Below the pieces are notes generated by a model. It saw nothing but the letters and a program-made list of their open reading frames with translations. It was not told where the DNA came from and did no database searches. Positions 9,832 to 16,499 of a DNA stretch of 26,022 nucleotides are shown here, piece by piece (positions within the stretch are counted from its first letter, which is position 1; the number at the start of each line of letters is the position of its first letter). The position numbers were made by a program, and so were the translations under genes. The stretch lies in IMG/VR virus record IMGVR_UViG_3300036779_000174, positions 1 through 26,022 of that record; one strand, given 5' to 3'. Source of the stretch: a virus. Lineage: Duplodnaviria > Caudoviricetes.

Positions 9832-9912
9832 GCTCGCTCGCTTCTTATCTGCTCGGTCACTGCAGGGGAATTCGACAGTCGGCCGAACGGGCGGTAGAAT
9901 CACCGGTACGGA

Positions 9913-10482
9913 ATGAATCCCACGCTCAAAAACCACGCGCGCGACCCGCGCGCCGAGCGCCAGATGTTGATTGAGCGCCTCCGCGATTACGAGCGCGAAT
10001 CGATCGATCAGCTGCGGCTTAAACTGATCGCCTGCTGGAAAGCCGAACATCCGGAAGCCGCGCTGGAACAAAGCGCGGTCTTTCATCCACTGACGCGCCA
10101 CGAAGTCGGTCCGAAGAACGAACCGCATGAACCCGACGAAGCCTGGTATAACGACGTGTACTACGTCACCGTGCGCCGGGGCCTGCCCGACAAGATGTTC
10201 GGCTCGCGGGAGGGCATGACGACGCTGGGCATCGCGTCGCACGACGGCTGCGCGCGCCATGACTGGCGCGACTTCCAGGCGATCAAGAACCAGCTCGCCG
10301 GTGAAGAATGCGAGGCCATCGAGCTTTTCCCGGCCGAATCGCGACTGCTCGATCCCTCGAACTACTACACGCTTTGGTGCTTCCCGGGTGTGAAGCGTCT
10401 GAGGATCGGCATGGAGATCCGCGACGTTCGCGATCGCGACACCGCCGCGCTCGCGCCGCAGCGCGCGTTGGCAACCGTATGA
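9913..10482 (+). CDS. Conserved hypothetical phage protein
   Basis: 189 aa; HDWRDFQAIKNQLAGEECEAIELFPAESRLLD motif. Confidence 0.75.
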   Translation: MNPTLKNHARDPRAERQMLIERLRDYERESIDQLRLKLIACWKAEHPEAALEQSAVFHPLTRHEVGPKNEPHEPDEAWYNDVYYVTVRRGLPDKMFGSREGMTTLGIASHDGCARHDWRDFQAIKNQLAGEECEAIELFPAESRLLDPSNYYTLWCFPGVKRLRIGMEIRDVRDRDTAALAPQRALATV

Positions 10483-10775
10483 TGCCGTCCCTGCCGGACC
10501 CCGGCTCTCCCGAAGCACCGAAATACTGGCGCTACGAAACCGGCGGCTTGCTCGCGATCGCCGTCGAGAACTACCTGAACCACCGGGCCATGACCGTGCG
10601 GGATGTTGCGATGATGAGAGCCTACCTCTGCCAGTGGATCGATTCGCCGGCGTGGGATATGAACCCGGGCAACGAACTCGCCGCGCTGCGCAAACAGGCC
10701 GCGGAGATTCTGACTGTCGAGGATATTCACCGCTGGATCCACGCCGCGCTCGGTCTGGGGATCGATCCGCTGTAG
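10479..10775 (+). CDS. Hypothetical protein
   Basis: ATGA-coupled start MMPSLPDPGSPEAPKYWRYET. Confidence 0.65.
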   Translation: MMPSLPDPGSPEAPKYWRYETGGLLAIAVENYLNHRAMTVRDVAMMRAYLCQWIDSPAWDMNPGNELAALRKQAAEILTVEDIHRWIHAALGLGIDPL

Positions 10776-10790
10776 TCGAAGATCAGAACG

Positions 10791-10985
10791 ATGGTCCTCC
10801 CGTTCGGGGACGGCGCGGCTGAGATGCCGGGCAGCGCCGGGTTCGCATGGCTCGATTACGTGCTGACCGATGCGTGGTGGGGCTGCTCATGCCTTCGATG
10901 CCGGGAAAAACCTCACACCCGCTATCTGCTCCTGACGTACGAGTGCGGCGGCTATCAGATCACCCGTTGGGTGTCGAAGTCCTGA
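10791..10985 (+). CDS. Possible small hypothetical protein
   Basis: 64 aa filling the gap; GTCGAAGA 8 nt before ATG. Confidence 0.3.
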   Translation: MVLPFGDGAAEMPGSAGFAWLDYVLTDAWWGCSCLRCREKPHTRYLLLTYECGGYQITRWVSKS

Positions 10986-10987
10986 GC

Positions 10988-11125
10988 ATGTTTACTGTGC
11001 CCTTCATTCTTTACGCGATCGCGTTCGCGCTTACTCTCGTGAGCGGGATCACGGGCAAAGTGCCCTTGTGGGTGCCTCTTCTGCTCGTGTGCATTGTGGG
11101 GCTGATCGCGGGCGTGAAGTTCTAA
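10988..11125 (+). CDS. Small two-helix membrane protein
   Basis: MFTVPFILYAIAFALTLVSGITGKVPLWVPLLLVCIVGLIAGVKF; GTCGAAGT 7 nt before ATG. Confidence 0.6.
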   Translation: MFTVPFILYAIAFALTLVSGITGKVPLWVPLLLVCIVGLIAGVKF

Positions 11126-11685
11126 GCCACGCGGGCCTTTGCCGGCCGCGCGGGCTGCTCAACCGCCGCGGGCGCCGCGGCCACTGCCGCCAGCGGCACA
11201 GCGTTAAACTTCCGCGAGCCCGTCTGGCTCGAAATCAGCAGCTTCTCGACCTCGGGCTTCGCCAGAAAACGCCCGAGCGCAGTAATCGTGACCGAGCACG
11301 CCTCGAGGAACCGCTCGACGCCGAGCGCCTTTTTAGCCTTCGCCACGTCGACGGACCGCTCCGTCGCCCGCGCCGAAATCTCGACGGTATAGCGGTTGCC
11401 GCGCACGATGAAGTCGGCGGCGGGGTCCTTGTCCGCGATGAGGGCTTTCAGTTCATCGCGCAGCTTGTTGTACCGGGCCTGCGTCGGGGCGAAGCGGTCG
11501 ACCAGCAGCTGCAGGTCGCCGAAATCGTCGACCGTCTGCGCGGGGATCGTGCCGGGTTTGATTTCCATACGGGGAGATTCGACGCGCTCGGCCGCGGCCG
11601 CGGGGTACGGGCCGAAGCGGTCGACCACGTCCTGAATGCCGCCGAACGGGGTGCGCGGAGGCGGCGCAGCGGGTTTTGTGCGCAT
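11122..11685 (-). CDS. Hypothetical protein
   Basis: 187 aa; starts 3 nt after the preceding stop. Confidence 0.65.
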   Translation of the reverse strand: MRTKPAAPPPRTPFGGIQDVVDRFGPYPAAAAERVESPRMEIKPGTIPAQTVDDFGDLQLLVDRFAPTQARYNKLRDELKALIADKDPAADFIVRGNRYTVEISARATERSVDVAKAKKALGVERFLEACSVTITALGRFLAKPEVEKLLISSQTGSRKFNAVPLAAVAAAPAAVEQPARPAKARVA

Positions 11686-11688
11686 GAT

Positions 11689-11961
11689 CTATTTTCCCCC
11701 TTTTCGCCCGGAGGCTTCGTTGAGCGCCGTACGCAGGCCGCCCGCCGCCACGCGGCCGCCGCTGCGGCCGAGCACGCGGTTGGCTTTGGCGTCGATCCGC
11801 GCTTTCGTCGACGCGCTCATGCGGCCGGCGTTGACCGCCTGCGAGGCGCGAGCTTTCGCATTCCTGGCGTGGGAGGCATCGGGAACCGGGTAGGAACGGT
11901 CAGGACCCGCGAAGGTCGATGCCGGGAGCGCGTTGCGCTTCTTTGCTGTCAGTTTTGCCAT
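11689..11961 (-). CDS. Small basic phage protein
   Basis: MAKLTAKKRNALPASTFAGPDRSYPVPDASHARNAKAR; ATG 7 nt after GTCGAATA at 11969-11976. Confidence 0.7.
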   Translation of the reverse strand: MAKLTAKKRNALPASTFAGPDRSYPVPDASHARNAKARASQAVNAGRMSASTKARIDAKANRVLGRSGGRVAAGGLRTALNEASGRKGGK

Positions 11962-12142
11962 GCGGACGTATTCGACCGGCGGTCCGCGCCTCGGCGATCC
12001 GCTCCTCAGACCACATAACAAGCTCCATGACCATCGTGGTCGATGCCTCCTTTTCCGGGTTGGCGCCCAGAAAATCAAGCAGCAGAATGTCGAGCGCGTT
12101 GTGCAGCCGGCGACACTCGGCGAGTGTTACGGGTCTTTCCAT
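11900..12142 (-). CDS. Hypothetical protein, paralog of N-terminal half of 12185-12586
   Basis: 80 aa; ATG 7 nt after GTCGAATG at 12150-12157; shares LD.LL..FL..NP.K..STT.VMEL..WS. Confidence 0.6.
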   Translation of the reverse strand: MERPVTLAECRRLHNALDILLLDFLGANPEKEASTTMVMELVMWSEERIAEARTAGRIRPHGKTDSKEAQRAPGIDLRGS

Positions 12143-12184
12143 GCACCGTCATTCGACGGCACCGCACAAGTTCGCGAGCCGCCG

Positions 12185-12586
12185 CTACCCGTCCGCCGGC
12201 TGCGCCGCCGCCGGCGCCAGCTCGACGCGCCAGACCGGCTCGAGATAAACCTCGCCGTGGTGCGCGCAGGAGTTGTTTGAGCAGGCGATCCGGCGCTGCG
12301 TCGCGTCCCAGAGCGAGTCGAGATACATCATCGAGGTTCCGCATTCGCAGATACAGTAGCCGGTGTCGAAACGGACGTTCATCTTAGCCTCACCTCCGCA
12401 TTCTTGACAGCGCGTGTGCGACCACTCGGCAAGCTCCATGACGGTCGTGGTCGACGGCAGTTTGTCCGGGTTGTCGCACAGAAACGCGGCCAGCAACCTG
12501 TCGAGCGACTCGTGCTGACGCCGGTACTCATCGGCGAGCGTCGGTTGCCGCCGCGGTTTGTCGTCGCTGTCGCCGTTGCGGCTCAT
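12185..12586 (-). CDS. Hypothetical protein with Cys-rich C-terminus
   Basis: ATGA-coupled start at 12586 (MSRNGD). Confidence 0.6.
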   Translation of the reverse strand: MSRNGDSDDKPRRQPTLADEYRRQHESLDRLLAAFLCDNPDKLPSTTTVMELAEWSHTRCQECGGEAKMNVRFDTGYCICECGTSMMYLDSLWDATQRRIACSNNSCAHHGEVYLEPVWRVELAPAAAQPADG

Positions 12587-12768
12587 ATTTTCACGCGCTC
12601 CTGTAGCCATCTGGGGTCGTCGATAAATACCAGCGTCTCCCCCTTGCGGAGAGACAACACATATTCCATCGCTTTGCGTTCCGCTTCGCCGCGATCGAGG
12701 CCCCCGTCAAATTCCATGATGGCGGCCCGTTCATCAAACAAGTATTGTTCCTCGGTCGTCAGGGGCAT
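12583..12768 (-). CDS. Small hypothetical protein
   Basis: 61 aa; FDERAAIMEFDGGLDRGEAE motif common in phage proteins. Confidence 0.7.
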   Translation of the reverse strand: MPLTTEEQYLFDERAAIMEFDGGLDRGEAERKAMEYVLSLRKGETLVFIDDPRWLQERVKI

Positions 12769-12774
12769 GGCCCT

Positions 12775-14523
12775 TCATCGCACTCTCACATTTGTACCCC
12801 GCCGGTCATCCGGCCGCGCCGGCTGCCCGTAGCGCCGCACTTCCGGCCGTTCGGCGGTCTCACGGTTCACAGGCCGCGGCATTCGCATAATAACGACAAT
12901 TGCCAGCGCGAGCGCAATAACGGTGTCATCGTGGCAGCCCGCCTGCGCTTCGGCTTTGCCGCGCGGCGAGATGACGAACGTCAGCAGCTCCTGCTGCGTG
13001 ATCGGGTCGCGGATCGCGATCGCGCCGCGCCGGATGGCTTCATCGAGGTAGCCGATCAGGAGCGGCCGCGATACGCCGGACGTATCCCAGCCGATACGGT
13101 CGCCGCGGACCTGCGGGTCCTGATCGGCCGTCACACTGCGGTGGTAGATGAGCCCGGAGGGATAGTCGGCGTTCAGCATCGCCTCAAGCATCGATATGCC
13201 GCCGCCGCCCGGGTTCCGTTCGCCGCAGACCTGCGCCATGTTGTACCAGCGGCAGAACGCAGCCATATAGCGGCCGGTCTCGCCCGGCATCATGCGCGCC
13301 CGCAGCACGGCCACCTGTTCGCCCGTATCGCGGTCGAGCATCTGGCCGCAGGAGTAATCCGGATCCGACTGGCCGCCCTCGGTGCCGACGTCGACACCTT
13401 GTGCGCAGTCGGCGCCGCACGCATAGAGCCTGCCCTTCTCCGGGCGCTTCCAGACGCGCAGGGCGCCGCGCTCGCCCGGCCGGAAGATCAGCCGGTTCTC
13501 GACGCCCACGGGATCGATCTCGAGTTCGCCTGCGAGTGCGTCCCGCTGAATCGGCATCCGTTGAATGTGTGGAACCGAGAAACGGTTCCGCGACGACGCG
13601 GTGAAAGCGTCCTCGGGCGTCGCCGGATGCTCCCGCCGGAACCGCACCACGTCGCCGGCGAAGTCGTTCTGAATGGTCCAGCGTCGCCAGGCCAGCTGCT
13701 CGAGCGACAGGTTGTACTGGCCCTGCAGCTCGCGTTCTTCGCGCGAGAGCGAGTCCATGAAGCGATCCCGCGCAACGCTGGGCAGCATGCGGTTGCCCGG
13801 GTGTTCCCACCACCCCATGAAGAGACCGACCCATTCGGACTCGGACGCCGGATCCATCGCCTGCTGCCAGAGCTGGTGATAGGAATCCCCGATTGTTTTC
13901 GCGGTGCCTTCAATCACTGCGATTGTGTCGGGCGTCTTCGGCACGGCCGCCATCACGGCACCGAGCAACTCCATCGAAGCCGGATAGTACGGGAATTCCG
14001 AGAGATGCACATTGGTCAAACGGAACGAGCGGCCGAAATCGATCGTGCCTGCGGTCTGCACCTGAATGAAGGAGCTCTCGCGCTCGCCCGCGTACTCGAA
14101 CGTGATTTTGTTCGGCCGCGGCCGGTTCGGTGGTAGCCGGATCACGCCGGCGAACGGCTTGTAGAGGTTGAGAAACCGTTTGTAGATCGCGTAGATATTC
14201 TGCGTCGATACGTCATTGTGCGAGATCACCGCGGTGTGGACGCCGGCCGCGAACGCCGTCGCGTAAAAGAACTGCGCCGCCGTGCCCGTGGTCGCATGGA
14301 TGCGGCGGGATTTGAGGTAGATCAGCCGGACCGGCACGCCCTTCGCCCGCTGCCCTTTGATCGCGTCGTTGAGGCGGATCTGGCCGGGCGACAGGATCAT
14401 CGGCACAAGGGCCTTTTGCTCCGTCTCGACTGTCAGCGAACTTCTGCAGAATGCGGCATGGTCCTGAAACTGGCGGTAGACGAGGTCGAGTTCGGCGCGG
14501 GAGAGCGTCGCGACGTCGATCAT
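12775..14523 (-). CDS. terL: Terminase large subunit
   Basis: 582 aa; deviant Walker A LKSRRIHATT, Walker B VHLSEF, EGTA coupling motif, nuclease GADCAQG..DYS and HDDTVIALALA. Confidence 0.92.
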   Translation of the reverse strand: MIDVATLSRAELDLVYRQFQDHAAFCRSSLTVETEQKALVPMILSPGQIRLNDAIKGQRAKGVPVRLIYLKSRRIHATTGTAAQFFYATAFAAGVHTAVISHNDVSTQNIYAIYKRFLNLYKPFAGVIRLPPNRPRPNKITFEYAGERESSFIQVQTAGTIDFGRSFRLTNVHLSEFPYYPASMELLGAVMAAVPKTPDTIAVIEGTAKTIGDSYHQLWQQAMDPASESEWVGLFMGWWEHPGNRMLPSVARDRFMDSLSREERELQGQYNLSLEQLAWRRWTIQNDFAGDVVRFRREHPATPEDAFTASSRNRFSVPHIQRMPIQRDALAGELEIDPVGVENRLIFRPGERGALRVWKRPEKGRLYACGADCAQGVDVGTEGGQSDPDYSCGQMLDRDTGEQVAVLRARMMPGETGRYMAAFCRWYNMAQVCGERNPGGGGISMLEAMLNADYPSGLIYHRSVTADQDPQVRGDRIGWDTSGVSRPLLIGYLDEAIRRGAIAIRDPITQQELLTFVISPRGKAEAQAGCHDDTVIALALAIVVIMRMPRPVNRETAERPEVRRYGQPARPDDRRGTNVRVR

Positions 14524-14816
14524 TCGCCCTCGACCTCCGATGGAAACAAATCCCGCGCTGTTATCGTGAGCGGTTCGGTCCGGGTCAGCACTTCCTCGAC
14601 CCGCGCTTTCGTCAACTCCGCTATCAAGCGATCGGTCTCAATTGTGTAGATGCCTGTCAGTCTCCGCATCTCCGCGTCGAACTCGCCAAACAGCGCAACT
14701 TCGGAAATTGAGAATCCGCCTTCCGGCTCGAGCTGCCGTTTGAATTTGATGAGCGCGAACTCGAGGGCATCCGCAAGCTGCTCGCCCAAACCGGGGATTT
14801 TGTATTCGAATTTCAT
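14520..14816 (-). CDS. Hypothetical protein
   Basis: 98 aa; ATGA-coupled at both ends. Confidence 0.65.
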   Translation of the reverse strand: MKFEYKIPGLGEQLADALEFALIKFKRQLEPEGGFSISEVALFGEFDAEMRRLTGIYTIETDRLIAELTKARVEEVLTRTEPLTITARDLFPSEVEGE

Positions 14817-15442
14817 CGGCCCCTCACCGCCGCCGCCACCGTTTCCCGCGCCTCAGTGAGCGCCGCCCGCGTCCACGCGAGCGACCGTCCCGTCTCGCGC
14901 GCCGTCGCCGCGAGCGACCGCCCCTCGAGATGCGCCTCGAACACACATCGCTCCGCTTGAGGGAGCGCCCGCACCGCAGCGGAGAGACGCCGGAGGGCCT
15001 GGGCCCGCGCCGCGGCTTCATCCGGCAGCGCGGCCGGATCCCGATCGAGCGCCGGCGGCAGCCAGCCGTTGTTTCCCTCCGCGATCGCCTGCAGCGATAC
15101 GTTCAGCTGTTCGCGGAAGGCCCGCCGTTTCTGCGAGTCGATCATTTCCCCTCGTACGCGCCAATAGGCATACGGCGCGAAACTGCCGATCGCCGGATGG
15201 TAGCTGTTTGCAGCCGATACGAGGCCCACATAGCCCGCCTGCTGCAGGTCCTCGATGTCGATCGAATGCGTGAACAGATTGACCACGCGACGCGCGATCC
15301 GCAGGACCTCGGGCATGCGCTCGCGGATCGCCGCTTCGCGGTGCCAGCGGCGCCAGCTGCCCCGTTTCCCCGCCGCCGATAGCCTTTTTCTTCTAAGTGC
15401 ATGATTCGACTGGCGTCTCTGAAAGACCCATGAATCCCACAA
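14813..15442 (-). CDS. Sigma-70 family factor, FliA/WhiG-like (start uncertain: TTG 15442 or ATG 15316)
   Basis: Region 2 IEDLQQAGYVGLVSAANSY..SFAPYAYWRVRGEMID; region 4 LPQAERCVFEAHLEGRSLAATARETGRS; region 3 short or absent. Confidence 0.85.
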   Translation of the reverse strand: MWDSWVFQRRQSNHALRRKRLSAAGKRGSWRRWHREAAIRERMPEVLRIARRVVNLFTHSIDIEDLQQAGYVGLVSAANSYHPAIGSFAPYAYWRVRGEMIDSQKRRAFREQLNVSLQAIAEGNNGWLPPALDRDPAALPDEAAARAQALRRLSAAVRALPQAERCVFEAHLEGRSLAATARETGRSLAWTRAALTEARETVAAAVRGR

Positions 15443-15443
15443 C

Positions 15444-15956
15444 TCAGCCGCGAGTGGCAAGCGGGTCTCCGTGCGTCGTCTCGGCCGTCTCGGGCATAGC
15501 ATCTTTACCGCGATAAATTCGGACGAATTCGTCCCAGAGTACCTGACCTGGGGCGGCTGTTTCATCGGGCGCCCGGGAGCGGTCGTTCCAGCCCATCCTG
15601 GCCGAGGACCAGTAGCGCAGCGCCCACGGTTCGCCGCGGTGCATCGCTCTGATGATGCCCGCGCCGCACAGGCCATTGATCTGCGTCACGGCGGTCTCGA
15701 TCTCGCGCGCGAAATGCTTCCGCATGGTCGCGGGATCGATGCCGTGATCGCCGAGGCAGGCCGCGATATCTGCGTGCGGGATCCCGGTGGCCACCATTGT
15801 TCTGACCGTCTCACGGTCGGTTTCCGACGGTTCAAACGGCGGCTGTCCCGAGCCGGGCCGCCGGCCGCCGCGCTTTTTTGCCGCAGGTTTTTTTTTGCCT
15901 GTCTGTTTTTTCGCCGGCCGTTTTTTCGCCGCCTGCTTTTTCGCGGGCGACGGCAT
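15444..15956 (-). CDS. Putative terminase small subunit (HTH)
   Basis: ATG 15956 with GAAGGT upstream; HTH GIPHADIAACLG..IDPATMRKHFAREI; Lys/Ala-rich N-terminal tail; upstream of terL. Confidence 0.65.
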   Translation of the reverse strand: MPSPAKKQAAKKRPAKKQTGKKKPAAKKRGGRRPGSGQPPFEPSETDRETVRTMVATGIPHADIAACLGDHGIDPATMRKHFAREIETAVTQINGLCGAGIIRAMHRGEPWALRYWSSARMGWNDRSRAPDETAAPGQVLWDEFVRIYRGKDAMPETAETTHGDPLATRG

Positions 15957-16003
15957 CGTTCTGACCTTCGCGGAGTGTCGCGCCGTTTTCGGGGGGGTCA
16001 GCG

Positions 16004-16107
16004 GAAGTTTCAAACGCGCCCACTCTCCGAAAGCAAGCGGGCCGCGGGTTTCAGCGCATGTGCCGTTTGAAACTTCACTTCGCGGGGTGTCTTCTCACCC
16101 CGAAGTT
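16004..16107. repeat. Overlapping inverted repeats between array and terS
   Basis: GAAGTTTCAAACG (16004-16016) pairs with CGTTTGAAACTTC (16064-16076); CGGGGTG-tcttct-CACCCCG hairpin at 16083-16102. Confidence 0.6.
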
Positions 16108-16127
16108 AGCAAGGTAACCCATCTCAC

Positions 16128-16379
16128 TGCCGAAGCGATTCCGGATATCAATGATCGCTTCTAGGAATGTCGTAGTTCGAGGAACTTGGCCGCGAGTTGG
16201 AGCCGAAGCGATTCCGGATATCAATAATCGCTTCCAGGATGTTGCTCGTCCGAAGCCAAAGACGCCAAGCAAGCCGAAGCGATTCCGGATATCAATGATC
16301 GCTTCCAGTCAGCTTTGGCCCCTGAGAAGGAAATCGAGACAGAGCCGAAGCGATTCCGGATATCAATGATCGCTTCCAG
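16128..16379 (-). CRISPR. Mini CRISPR array: 4 x 37-bp repeats, 3 spacers (36, 34, 34 bp)
   Basis: Plus-strand consensus AGCCGAAGCGATTCCGGATATCAATGATCGCTTCCAG at 16128-16164 (2 mismatches), 16201-16237 (1 mismatch), 16272-16308 and 16343-16379; internal 8-bp stem GAAGCGAT/ATCGCTTC; unique spacers; degeneracy increases leftward, consistent with minus-strand orientation. Confidence 0.93.
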
Positions 16380-16499
16380 GGCTGCGTCCGCAAGCGGAAG
16401 ATATCCCGGACCTTTACCAGCTTTGCCGCGAGCACCCGGCCGGCAAGCGTGCCGGGCCTCGATGCGGCCTGCGCCTGTCGGTGGCGCTAACCCATGATT
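16380..16499 (-). ncRNA. Putative tracrRNA/omegaRNA-like scaffold
   Basis: 120 nt between effector stop and first repeat; partial anti-repeat at 16392-16410 and several GC hairpins, including TCCG-CTTG-CGGA on the minus strand. Confidence 0.55.

Noticed and set aside
9832-10518. N-terminal extension making the portal 987 aa
   Set aside because: Overlaps a convincing plus-strand gene; the portal more plausibly starts at ATG 9831.
150-14136. Long plus-strand ORFs (150-1094, 2278-3819, 7894-9897, 12745-14136 and others)
   Set aside because: Arg-rich antisense shadows of well-supported minus-strand genes in GC-rich DNA.
16064-16073. GTTTGAAAC resembling a CRISPR repeat end
   Set aside because: Not part of a direct-repeat series; it is one arm of an inverted repeat.
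16075-16497. Short ORFs across the array
   Set aside because: Translations simply reflect the repeats; the region is better explained as noncoding RNA.
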